64,000 nucleotides of DNA from Desulfosporosinus sp. (lineage in GTDB: Bacteria > Bacillota > Desulfitobacteriia > Desulfitobacteriales > Desulfitobacteriaceae): the NCBI GenBank assembly GCA_035648035.1, contig DASRMG010000107.1, positions 1,046-65,045 of the forward strand. Direction: 5' to 3'. Below, piece after piece: positions 38,907 through 47,940 of this stretch. The translations under genes and the position numbers were made by a program. The notes beneath the pieces were generated by a model. It did not search any database, was not told the DNA's origin, and saw only the letters and a program-made list of their open reading frames with translations. Positions within the stretch are counted from its first letter, which is position 1. Each line of letters starts with the position of its first letter.

Positions 38907-39362
38907 ATGAATACAGATAAAGTAGTTAGAGAATCTAAAACAATTATGCTGGTGACGCTGGTTATTGGGGTAGCTCTTTTAGCAACTGGAATAATATTTA
39001 AATTGCTTGAAATTAATCTTCTACCAAAAAACGGGGCGGTTGCGATTATGGCATTATCACTGACACCGTTGGCTGTGGCATTAGCGTATTACGTTAAGTT
39101 ATTAGGAATAAAGAGATCTCATCAGAAGTTCATTATTGATGAGATTGATGAAAGGCTTGTAGCGCTGAAAAATGAGGCAGATGCGAAAGCATTTAAACTT
39201 GTTCAAGGAGCCTTGTTTTTAACTTATATGGGCTATACATTAATGTTTCCGAAGGACGTTTTCGAGTCCATCGGATGGTGGCTTCTAATGATTCTACTTA
39301 TAATATCATTATTCTCACAGGCAATACTTCGTATGATGAACGTCATGGGTAAAGACTCCTAA
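38907..39362 (+). CDS. Four-TM membrane protein (DUF2178-like)
   Basis: DER motif between TM pairs; usual partner of small XRE genes. Confidence 0.75.
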   Translation: MNTDKVVRESKTIMLVTLVIGVALLATGIIFKLLEINLLPKNGAVAIMALSLTPLAVALAYYVKLLGIKRSHQKFIIDEIDERLVALKNEADAKAFKLVQGALFLTYMGYTLMFPKDVFESIGWWLLMILLIISLFSQAILRMMNVMGKDS

Positions 39363-39402
39363 AGATGATGAAAAATAAGCATAGGGAATTGTAGAACTAA
39401 AT

Positions 39403-39448
39403 GTAATGATGAAAAGGGTGCCTGCTTGGTACCCTTTTCATCATTATT
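39403..39448 (+). terminator. Rho-independent terminator
   Basis: TAATGATGAAAAGGGT / ACCCTTTTCATCATTA stem. Confidence 0.8.
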
Positions 39449-39486
39449 TCAATATCTATACTATTAATATTTACAAATAACACGAA

Positions 39487-39504
39487 TAGTGTATTTTTAC
39501 ACTA
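39487..39504. promoter_or_regulatory. Perfect palindrome, candidate operator of the lipid operon
   Basis: TAGTGTA-TTTT-TACACTA, 20 bp upstream of the XRE start, downstream of a TTTACA -35-like hexamer. Confidence 0.6.
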
Positions 39505-39523
39505 AAGGGGTGTTGCTGCAAAA

Positions 39524-39964
39524 ATGAACAGACTTGATTTCCTGAAAATAGCTTCTGAAAAATTAAAACTCATCCGCATTGAAAGTGACTTTACTCAGGA
39601 TAAAATGGCTGAAATACTGGGAATATCCAAGAAGACCCTAGTACAGATTGAAAAAGGTCGATCCAATCTTGGTTGGGCAGGTGCCGTAACTTTATGTACT
39701 ATTTTTAAAAATAGCAAAGTTTTGGAAATGACCTTTGGTGGGGATCCTCAAGATATGATACTTTCTTTAGCCTTTACCGCTTATGAAAGTAGAGAGGATA
39801 CCATGGGCGGAAGAATATGGTGGACTAATATTGAGTGCACAGAGGAGTTCAGAATTCAGCGTAATATAATTTCCGAGCACTATCGCATTCTAGATGCTCA
39901 GGACAAAAGAATTTGTTCTTCTTTTGATTACGACTATATCAAAAAGAGACTGCAAGAGCTTTGA
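39524..39964 (+). CDS. XRE-family HTH regulator with C-terminal domain
   Basis: TQDKMAEILGISKKTLVQIEKGR; C-terminal TMGGRIWW domain. Confidence 0.88.
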   Translation: MNRLDFLKIASEKLKLIRIESDFTQDKMAEILGISKKTLVQIEKGRSNLGWAGAVTLCTIFKNSKVLEMTFGGDPQDMILSLAFTAYESREDTMGGRIWWTNIECTEEFRIQRNIISEHYRILDAQDKRICSSFDYDYIKKRLQEL

Positions 39965-39985
39965 GACGATTGTGGGGTCGATGAA

Positions 39986-40966
39986 GTGTTGGATTTTATC
40001 AAGGCATATATTAAATCAATGAGGCTATATTACGCTTTTGTAACTGGTATTGCAGGCTGGATTGGAGTGGCATTTTACGAATACATTGCCACGTCTCCTT
40101 TTCATACCGTGGAAATGGTTCCAGCCATGGATAAGAAAGCCTTAATACTGGCGATGCTTTTTCTTAGTTGGGGCATGAACCAAATCATTAATGACTACCT
40201 GGGATTAAGAGAGGATAGAGTGAACGCACCGCGCCGTCCCATGGTGACGGGTGAACTGAATCCGGGAAAAGCTTTGGCCCTAACGGGCGTCCTGTTGATC
40301 CTGACGATCTTGATTACCTACAGGTATTTGGAACCCCTTGCCCTTATTCCCGCAATCTTGGGAATCGTTTTAAACATTATTTATGAATACGCCAAGGGTC
40401 ACGGTATTTTCGGTAATATCATCTTTGGGTTGATGATATCTATGTGTACGGTCTTTGGGTTTCTAGCAGCCGGTCCAACAGCGATGCCCTATTTTACATC
40501 CAGCAGGGTATCTGTGCTGATCCTGGTAGCATTAATGAACGGTCTGATGACTTTCTATACCTATTTTAAAGACTATGAAGGGGATAAGGCAGCCGATAAA
40601 CGGACCATCATTGTACAATTGGGGATCGAAAGATCGCGGTATCTTGCTGTGCTCTCTGCTTTCCTTCCTGCAGGGATTTTTGCGCTTTTGTATATGAATC
40701 ATTGTATTGAAGCTAGGGTGAACACGGTATTTCTTATCCTAGCTGGATTAACGTTTTTTCTGGAACTGTGGACAGGATATCTTTATTTTAAGAACCCGCG
40801 GGGTGAGAAAACTTATTATTCGCTGGTTGCTAATTTTAGGGCTTGTATCTGCGGTCAGGCAACCCTCATCGCTTTATTCAATACCGAACTGGCTATGATC
40901 CTTTTTTTAGTGTCATATATCTTCGTGGGCTTCTTATTTGACCTGCATACCGATCCAAAATCATAG
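39986..40966 (+). CDS. UbiA-family prenyltransferase
   Basis: NQIINDYLGLREDRVNAPRRPMVTG and FKDYEGDKAADKRT motifs; multiple TM helices. Confidence 0.88.
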   Translation: MLDFIKAYIKSMRLYYAFVTGIAGWIGVAFYEYIATSPFHTVEMVPAMDKKALILAMLFLSWGMNQIINDYLGLREDRVNAPRRPMVTGELNPGKALALTGVLLILTILITYRYLEPLALIPAILGIVLNIIYEYAKGHGIFGNIIFGLMISMCTVFGFLAAGPTAMPYFTSSRVSVLILVALMNGLMTFYTYFKDYEGDKAADKRTIIVQLGIERSRYLAVLSAFLPAGIFALLYMNHCIEARVNTVFLILAGLTFFLELWTGYLYFKNPRGEKTYYSLVANFRACICGQATLIALFNTELAMILFLVSYIFVGFLFDLHTDPKS

Positions 40967-40988
40967 GCGCCAAAGAAGGAGGGTTGTT

Positions 40989-42185
40989 ATGAAATTATTC
41001 GAATCAGCAACTATAGGTCCTTGTCGCTTGAAAAATAGGATGATCCGTTCGGCAACCTTCGAAGGTATGGCTGATCCTCAGGGTCATCCACTACCGGAAT
41101 ACCATCGATTGTATCAACAATTGGCTTCAGGAGGCGTAGGAGGGATCATTACAGGTTTTGCGTATATCTCACCGGAGGGAAAAGCCATGCAGCCGGGTCA
41201 GGTCGGAATAGATTGTCAGGAAATGGTGAAAGGGTTTTTGCCCCTTACAAATGAAGTTCACCAATACGGCTGCAAGATTTTTATGCAGTTGGCTCACACT
41301 GGAAGACAGACCAGAAAAAGTGAAACAGGACAAGATATATGGGGGGTGTCGAATAAAAAGTCCTTCTATTTTGGGGGTTCTCCGCGGGAGTTGTCGACGG
41401 AACAGGTGTATGCACTGGTCAACCGGTTCGCAGAAGCAGCGGTGTATGCTAAAGCAGCCGGATTTGACGGTGTTCAGGTGCATGCTGCCCATGGTTACCT
41501 GCTTCATCAGTTTCTGTTGCCTACTATTAATCGTAGAAACGATGAGTTTGGCATTGATGCTAAGAGCCGAATCGGTACGAAATTCCTGGGCTTGGTGCTT
41601 GAGGAGATCCGGAAGCGGTGTGGACATAATTTTGCGCTGTTGGTCAAGGTCAGTGGGAGTGATGACTATTTTACCGGATTTAAAGCTGAGAAATTTGTTA
41701 GCCTGATACGATTTCTAGACGTCCAAAAAGTTGATGGGATAGAGATCAGTTATGGGACCATGGATCATGCACTGAATATCTTCCGTGGAGCTATCCCCCT
41801 GAAAGCAGTCCTAAAACATAACCCAGTCTTCAAGACTAACCACGGTGTTAGGGGACTGCTTTGTAATGCGCTTCTCTACTGTAGGCTGCGAGCAAAACTA
41901 AAGCATTTTACACCTACTTATAATCTTAAGTTTGCTAAGATTGCCAAAGCCTTAACCGATATTCCCATCCTTAGTGTGGGTGGTTTCAGGAAAGGCGCAG
42001 AAATGAGAGCGTGTCTGGAAAATGGATTTGCGGATTTTATTAGCCTATGTAGACCGTTTATTTGTGAACCGAACCTAGTAGAGAAGCTGGAGCAAGATGG
42101 GAACTATTCTGTAAAATGCAGCAACTGCAATCTTTGCGCCATTATGTGTGATTCAGACCAACCAACACGGTGTTATAGCAGATGA
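40989..42185 (+). CDS. NADH:flavin oxidoreductase (Old Yellow Enzyme family) with C-terminal Cys cluster
   Basis: LKNRMIRSAT, QLAHTGRQ, AGFDGVQVHAAHGYLL, NRRNDEFG, CSNCNLC..C; AAGGAGG RBS before ATG 40989. Confidence 0.9.
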   Translation: MKLFESATIGPCRLKNRMIRSATFEGMADPQGHPLPEYHRLYQQLASGGVGGIITGFAYISPEGKAMQPGQVGIDCQEMVKGFLPLTNEVHQYGCKIFMQLAHTGRQTRKSETGQDIWGVSNKKSFYFGGSPRELSTEQVYALVNRFAEAAVYAKAAGFDGVQVHAAHGYLLHQFLLPTINRRNDEFGIDAKSRIGTKFLGLVLEEIRKRCGHNFALLVKVSGSDDYFTGFKAEKFVSLIRFLDVQKVDGIEISYGTMDHALNIFRGAIPLKAVLKHNPVFKTNHGVRGLLCNALLYCRLRAKLKHFTPTYNLKFAKIAKALTDIPILSVGGFRKGAEMRACLENGFADFISLCRPFICEPNLVEKLEQDGNYSVKCSNCNLCAIMCDSDQPTRCYSR

Positions 42186-42209
42186 TTTTAGGGTAGAGGA
42201 GGGCGTGAG

Positions 42210-42449
42210 ATGAATTTGGAAGAACGGATCATTGTTGCCATACAGAGTATTTTAGAAAAAAGGCCTCAGATAACTCTTGAGAGCCGTTGGCTTGAAGACC
42301 TGAGGGTGGATTCCTTAGACCTCTTGATGATTCTTTCAGCGTTGGAGGATGAATTCTCGATAACGATTGCTGAAGACGATTTTCTCGATGTGGTGACCGT
42401 CAATGATATAGCCATAAAACTTAGAGCTAGGGGTTTATCCGATGGCTAA
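42210..42449 (+). CDS. Acyl carrier protein
   Basis: 79 aa acidic protein with DLRVDSLD phosphopantetheine site and LEDEFSI. Confidence 0.92.
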   Translation: MNLEERIIVAIQSILEKRPQITLESRWLEDLRVDSLDLLMILSALEDEFSITIAEDDFLDVVTVNDIAIKLRARGLSDG

Positions 42450-42467
42450 CGGCGGGGGAGGGAGAAC

Positions 42468-43643
42468 ATGACTCTAAGAGATTTTTATAAGCGGTTGAGT
42501 TTGGATGAGAGTCTAGTTAAAGTGGCGGACCATAATCCCTATTACCAGAGAATTGATTCAGGCTTAAATAGAAGAATTCGGGTGAACGGACACGAGATGA
42601 TTGATCTAGCGTCCAACAACTATCTGGGACTGGCGACTGACAGCAGGGTAAAACTGGCTGCCATTGAGGCTGTACAAAAGTATGGAGTGTCCCTCTGTGG
42701 TACGCCCATCGCCACTGGATACATAGATTTGTACCAAAGGCTGGAAGCAAAGTTATCCAGTTTTGTGGGACTGGAGCAGACGCTTATCCTTCCTTCGTGT
42801 TACCAAGCTAATAATGGTTTATTTGGTTCCATTGCCGGACCCCAAGATTTGATCGTAGTTGACCGGTTTGCCCACTCTTCCTTGATCCAGGGAATCAAAG
42901 CTAGTGGTGCTAAAATGAGACCCTTTCTTCATAATAATCTCGAGCATCTGGAAAGTATCTTGCAGCGCTCTACAGGGTATCGGCAGATCTTGGTCGTGAC
43001 AGAATCTGTGTTTTCCACGGAGGGCAGTATTGCCCCTTATAGGGAAATTGTACAATTATGTAAGGCCTATCACGCCGTGCCGGTGATCGATGATTCCCAT
43101 GGGATTGGGGTGATAGGGAAATCGGGCCGAGGAATCCTTGAGCAGCAGGGGATAAAAGGCTACCAAGGTGTTTACACCGCCTCCTTAGGGAAAGGGTTGG
43201 CTAATTCAGGTGGGATAATTAGCGGCCAAAAAGTGCTGATCGACTATCTGAAATATTATTGCCCCCATCTGGTTTATTCTACGGCGCTTCCTCCTGCAGT
43301 TTTAGCGGGTGTAGAGGCGGTTCTGGACATTCTTCATTATGAATTTGACAGGCTTAAGAAGAGACTGACACTCTATCAACAGGCCATCTATGAAAGTCTG
43401 ATTGAGGGGGGATTTACAGTGGCATCAAGTGAAGCTCCTATTAATTCCATTCAAGCTGGGAGTAAAGAAGCGACGTTTATCCTGGCCAAAAAGCTCTATG
43501 AAAACGGGATTCTTTCCACACCTTTTATCGAACCCTCTGTTCCAATTGGTGAGGGTCGGGTCCGGTTAATTGCTGGAGCTAATCTAACAGAGGATACGGT
43601 CGCCGAAGTCAGTGCAATTATCAAAAGGATTGGACGCTTATGA
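42468..43643 (+). CDS. Alpha-oxoamine synthase (serine palmitoyltransferase/BioF-like, PLP)
   Basis: ASNNYLGL, AHSSL, HNNLEHL, ESVFSTEG, DDSHG, SLGKGL (PLP Lys), RVRL. Confidence 0.9.
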   Translation: MTLRDFYKRLSLDESLVKVADHNPYYQRIDSGLNRRIRVNGHEMIDLASNNYLGLATDSRVKLAAIEAVQKYGVSLCGTPIATGYIDLYQRLEAKLSSFVGLEQTLILPSCYQANNGLFGSIAGPQDLIVVDRFAHSSLIQGIKASGAKMRPFLHNNLEHLESILQRSTGYRQILVVTESVFSTEGSIAPYREIVQLCKAYHAVPVIDDSHGIGVIGKSGRGILEQQGIKGYQGVYTASLGKGLANSGGIISGQKVLIDYLKYYCPHLVYSTALPPAVLAGVEAVLDILHYEFDRLKKRLTLYQQAIYESLIEGGFTVASSEAPINSIQAGSKEATFILAKKLYENGILSTPFIEPSVPIGEGRVRLIAGANLTEDTVAEVSAIIKRIGRL

Positions 43644-44617
43644 GATATTTACTCATCATCAACCCCGGCTCCGGAAGGGGAAGCGGGGCAAAGATTCAGA
43701 AAATACTTGCCACCTTTAAAAAGAAGGGGCTTGAGTTTGACTATAAGCTAACAGATACCCTGGAAGATGCCTATACCTTATCCGTAGAGGGAAATCAAAA
43801 GGGCTATGAGATAATCGTCGCGGTGGGGGGCGACGGAACCATTAACCGGGTTATCAATGGCTTTTATAACTCCCTGGGCCAAAGAATTTCCACCTCTAAG
43901 CTGGGTGTGCTTCATACTGGCACAAGTCCTGACTTATGCAAGAGCTATCAGGTACCACTGGACCTCGAGCACGCGCTTAATACGGTCTTTGCGGGGAGGA
44001 GTGTGAAAATTTCCCTAGGCAAAATAACCTATACCACGGTTTATGACAAGGGCTTGGAGGGTCTTCCACTAAGTGAGGAGACTGAAAATCTACAAACAAG
44101 TTTTTTTGCCTGCTGTGCTAATATTGGCCTGGGAGCCTCTGTCGCCAGAAATGCTAATAGTGGGATCAGAAAGTATCTCGGGGATTTCGCGGGGACGTTT
44201 GTCTCCCTGCTTAAAACCCTGCTCAAGTATCATTCCGTTAACCTCTCAGTTCGTTATGACGGACAGCAACAGGACTTTGTCAAGGTTTACAATATTGCTG
44301 TGGGAAAGACAACTTACATCGCTTCTGGAATTAAGGTGAAAAACGAGTTAGCCCCCGTAGATAGTCGCTTTTACAGCTTGGTGGTACAAGATATGAGGTT
44401 GACGGATGTAGGGGGTGTTCTAAGAAAAATATACAGTGGGAAGAGGTTCATTAATAACAATAATATGTCTTTGCAATACGTCTCGAGAGTAGAAGTGTGT
44501 GGCAATAAGGTCAATCCAGAATTAGAGTTTGATGGTGATCCCAGGGGGTTTCTTCCTTGTGTGATTGAAACTGCACAGGACCCCTTAGACCTAATCTGCG
44601 AGGTGGAAAATGAGTAA
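43640..44617 (+). CDS. Diacylglycerol/sphingosine kinase family lipid kinase
   Basis: IINPGSG, VGGDGTINRVING, HTGTSPDL, EFDGD. Confidence 0.88.
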   Translation: MRYLLIINPGSGRGSGAKIQKILATFKKKGLEFDYKLTDTLEDAYTLSVEGNQKGYEIIVAVGGDGTINRVINGFYNSLGQRISTSKLGVLHTGTSPDLCKSYQVPLDLEHALNTVFAGRSVKISLGKITYTTVYDKGLEGLPLSEETENLQTSFFACCANIGLGASVARNANSGIRKYLGDFAGTFVSLLKTLLKYHSVNLSVRYDGQQQDFVKVYNIAVGKTTYIASGIKVKNELAPVDSRFYSLVVQDMRLTDVGGVLRKIYSGKRFINNNNMSLQYVSRVEVCGNKVNPELEFDGDPRGFLPCVIETAQDPLDLICEVENE

Positions 44618-45623
44618 AGAAAAAGAGATGATCCAGCTTATACATAAACATATGCCTAGAAGTGACAGCCAGCTTAATAAGCTTTTTGAGGCTGACTCGG
44701 AAATCGTTGATTTTCACGGCAAGAGGCTGCTCTACACGATTGATGAGTTTTCGGAGGAAGACCTATTTCGGAAGGAGGACCCTTATGCACTGGGCTGGAA
44801 TATGGCAACCGGCAGTATTAGCGATATTTTGGCCACTGGGGGCAAACCTAAGTATTATGCACACAGCCTAGTCATTGATGATAGTTGGACGAGGGACTAT
44901 GTCGCAAAATTGTCGCTTGGCATTGGAGCGGTACTCAAGGAAGTGGGGGCAGCATTTATCGGTGGGGATTTTGGGATTTCCAAGACTTGGCGCTACACTG
45001 GATCAGTTATTGGGGATCTGGAGGGTCCGCCGCTGTTAAGGAGTGGGGCAAACGTTGGAGATGGGATTTTCATGAGTGGCCCAATTGGTAGCGGGAATGT
45101 TGAGGCGGCCCTGGTGTTGTACGCTGAAAAACCTTTGGTCAAACAGCTAATGGGGAGGTGGAAAAACCTTTTCCGCCTGAGAAGTAAAGAGGCAGAGATC
45201 ATCAAACGTCACTGTTGCTGCTGCATTGATACCAGTGATGGCGTCTTTAACGCCCTCAAGGCAATTTCGGAGATGAGTGGTACAGGTTTTGTCCTAGGTA
45301 ATCTGCCTTATGTGAAGAGCGGGCTATTTCTGGCCAAAGTCTTAAATGTACCCAAGGAAATGCTATTCTTAGGAGAATGTGGGGAGTATGAATTGGTGTT
45401 TACCCTCAGTAAAGAGGCTGAAGTGGAGTTCTTAATCAAAGCAGAGGAGAAACCGTTTAAGTTTTATAAAATCGGTGAAATAACCGAACAAGGCACCGAA
45501 TTGCTGCGGGAAAGAGGCATCGAGATCGATTTCACAACCTATCATTTACGTGCTAGGGACTACGCAGATCCCAAAGAATATTTGAGAAATGTGGTGCATT
45601 TCCTCAAAGGGGGGTCAATGTGA
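44610..45623 (+). CDS. ThiL-like (PurM/AIR synthase superfamily) phosphate kinase
   Basis: ISDILATGGKP, IGGD, LLRSGANVGD, IDTSDG, GEYELVFT. Confidence 0.82.
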   Translation: MSKEKEMIQLIHKHMPRSDSQLNKLFEADSEIVDFHGKRLLYTIDEFSEEDLFRKEDPYALGWNMATGSISDILATGGKPKYYAHSLVIDDSWTRDYVAKLSLGIGAVLKEVGAAFIGGDFGISKTWRYTGSVIGDLEGPPLLRSGANVGDGIFMSGPIGSGNVEAALVLYAEKPLVKQLMGRWKNLFRLRSKEAEIIKRHCCCCIDTSDGVFNALKAISEMSGTGFVLGNLPYVKSGLFLAKVLNVPKEMLFLGECGEYELVFTLSKEAEVEFLIKAEEKPFKFYKIGEITEQGTELLRERGIEIDFTTYHLRARDYADPKEYLRNVVHFLKGGSM

Positions 45624-46894
45624 AACGAAGAGTTGTCATTACTGGGATAGGGCCAGCCACCTCAATTGGGATAGGAAAAAAGGATTTTTCCGCAGGCATA
45701 TATGGTTTGCAAACTTGCATATCAGAGATACCGAGTTGTTATGAACAAAACTATAAGTTTAAATCCCGTTATTTCGTGCCCAAGCCGGAATTTGCCTTGT
45801 CCGATTTAGGGATCCATAAAGCAGTAGAAGGGATGATGGAAGAGTCCTCGAGAATCTCAATATTATGCACCAAGCTGGCTTTAGAGGATGCTGGATATCA
45901 GATCAGTGAGGCTGAAAAACATCTTCAGGTTAACGGCCTAGAAAACTGCGGCATCATCATCGGTACTGGCATGAGTAGTCTGCAAACAGCTCTGGAATCC
46001 TACACAGCTCACATGGCTGGGACGAAGAACTATAACTCTGATCCCCATAATCCACGGTTTAATAGAATGGTCATTCCCATGCTGATGACCAATTCTCCGG
46101 CTGCCTGGATCTCAATACTCTTCGGGCTTAAAGGTTTCAGCTATACACTTAATGCTGCCTGTGCCTCGGGAACTTATGCTCTGGGTGAGGCCTACAGAAC
46201 TATAATATCTGGCAGATGCGAGATGATGCTAGCGGGCGGCGTTGAAGCCTTGGTCGAGAAAGAAGGTGCCATAATGAGAGGGTTTGATATGCTGTCAACT
46301 CTTACCAGAGCAAAGCACGGAAGGCCCCAGCCGTTCTCCAATCTGAGAAGTGGTTTCTTATTTAATGAAGGCGCGGGATGTGTTTTAGTTTTGGAGGAGC
46401 TGCAAAGTGCTCAAAAAAGAGGGACCGAAATTTATGCTGAGATCGTTGACTATGAAGCTTGTAGCGACGCTTACAGCATTGTCCAGATGGATCCAACTGG
46501 GGACAGCATCATGCAACTTTTTCAGAAGATTACCAAGGGGATCAAGGTTGACTATCTAAATGCCCATGGCACGGCTACAATTGCCAATGATGATATTGAG
46601 GCCAAAGTCATCCAACGGATCTTTGGGGACAAAAGCTCTCAGCCGATGATTAATTCTACCAAGGGCATCCTGGGTCATAGCATTGGGGCCAGCGGAGCTC
46701 TGGAGGTGGCAGTCACTGCCCTAGCCATCAAAGAGTCTAGAATTCATGGAAACCTCACCACTGATCCACTGGATAATCTTAATCTGCCACTGAAGACGAT
46801 TGACGCACCAGTAGAGTATGCGTTATCTGCTTCCTACGGGTTTGGGGGGCATAATGCCATGATCCTACTGAAGAGGTATGATAACCATGAATAA
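45620..46894 (+). CDS. Beta-ketoacyl-ACP synthase II (FabF-like)
   Basis: RVVITGIG, AACASG (Cys), NAHGTAT, KGILGHSIGASG, YGFGGHNA. Confidence 0.92.
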   Translation: MKRRVVITGIGPATSIGIGKKDFSAGIYGLQTCISEIPSCYEQNYKFKSRYFVPKPEFALSDLGIHKAVEGMMEESSRISILCTKLALEDAGYQISEAEKHLQVNGLENCGIIIGTGMSSLQTALESYTAHMAGTKNYNSDPHNPRFNRMVIPMLMTNSPAAWISILFGLKGFSYTLNAACASGTYALGEAYRTIISGRCEMMLAGGVEALVEKEGAIMRGFDMLSTLTRAKHGRPQPFSNLRSGFLFNEGAGCVLVLEELQSAQKRGTEIYAEIVDYEACSDAYSIVQMDPTGDSIMQLFQKITKGIKVDYLNAHGTATIANDDIEAKVIQRIFGDKSSQPMINSTKGILGHSIGASGALEVAVTALAIKESRIHGNLTTDPLDNLNLPLKTIDAPVEYALSASYGFGGHNAMILLKRYDNHE

Positions 46895-47927
46895 GGTCAT
46901 GATTACTGGAGCGACTGGATTTATTGGCAGTCACATTACCCGGGCATTTTGTGAAAACGAAGTCGAGGTCGGCTGCTTAGTTAGAGATAGCAGCGACCTT
47001 GCAGGTCTTGAAGGTCTTGAAGGTCTGGCGGTAGAACTTAGGACAGGAAATATTAGAAATAAGGAGGATTTGTCGAAGGCTTTCACCGGATATGATTGGG
47101 TGATACATAATGCCGCTAAAGTCTCCGATTGGGGGGATTATGATGAGTTTTATCAGACGAATGTCATAGGAACTGTCAATGTACTGAGGGCCTGTGTTCA
47201 AGCGGGGATTAAAAATATCCTTATGACAGGGTCCAATTCCGTTTACGGAGAAGAGGATAGCCCGGTCATTAAGGATGAAGCGTCTCCGTATAATTCTCAT
47301 TATCGGTACTTGGGAAGCCGTCTATTCCCCTGCAAGTTGAATTACTATCGTGATACTAAAGCGCTGGCCAAGAAAGAGGCGCTGACCTTCGCCGCAACAC
47401 ATGATTTAAATCTGACTATTTTGGAGCCTGTATGGGTCTATGGGGAGAGAGAATTAAACGGGGGATTTTATGAATACCTTAAGACGGCTAAAGCTGGAAT
47501 TCCCTTTATTCCTGGGGCAAAGCACAACAAATTCCACGTCATCTATGCGGGAGACCTCGCTAGGGCCTATGTTTTGGCTTATAGAAAACAGTTGGCAGGT
47601 CTAAATTGTATTCTCGTAGGAAATGAACAGGCAGAGAGCATGGACAGGATTTATGGGCTATTTTGTTCCGAAGCAGGCCTAAAAAAACCAAGGAATCTTC
47701 CCAAGGCTCTGACCTACCCTGCCGCCTTACTCATGGAATTGCTGTATACCCTTGTTAATTCTTCCAGTCCCCCGCTTCTGACGAGAGGAAGGGTCAACAT
47801 GTTCTATGACAATCTGGAATTTTCAGTGGTAAAGGCAAAGAGAATCCTAGGTTTTAAGAATTTATATAGTCTAGAGGAAGGGATTCATCGAACCGTTTTA
47901 TGGTATAAGGAACAAGGTCTGATCTGA
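46887..47927 (+). CDS. NAD-dependent epimerase/dehydratase (3-beta-HSD-like extended SDR)
   Basis: TGATGFIG, IHNAA, NVIGT, YRDTK (YxxxK), P.WVYG. Confidence 0.9.
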   Translation: MNKVMITGATGFIGSHITRAFCENEVEVGCLVRDSSDLAGLEGLEGLAVELRTGNIRNKEDLSKAFTGYDWVIHNAAKVSDWGDYDEFYQTNVIGTVNVLRACVQAGIKNILMTGSNSVYGEEDSPVIKDEASPYNSHYRYLGSRLFPCKLNYYRDTKALAKKEALTFAATHDLNLTILEPVWVYGERELNGGFYEYLKTAKAGIPFIPGAKHNKFHVIYAGDLARAYVLAYRKQLAGLNCILVGNEQAESMDRIYGLFCSEAGLKKPRNLPKALTYPAALLMELLYTLVNSSSPPLLTRGRVNMFYDNLEFSVVKAKRILGFKNLYSLEEGIHRTVLWYKEQGLI

Positions 47928-47940
47928 AAGAGGGTGGATT

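Noticed and set aside
42468-45623. Reading the AOS and ThiL-like genes as biotin (bioF) and thiamine (thiL) biosynthesis
   Set aside because: No other bio or thi genes or TPP riboswitch nearby; both are embedded among lipid-handling genes, so gene symbols were withheld.
47004-47027. 9-bp repeat GGTCTTGAA (GLE GLE GL) in the SDR gene
   Set aside because: Short in-frame duplication in a probable surface loop; likely neutral.
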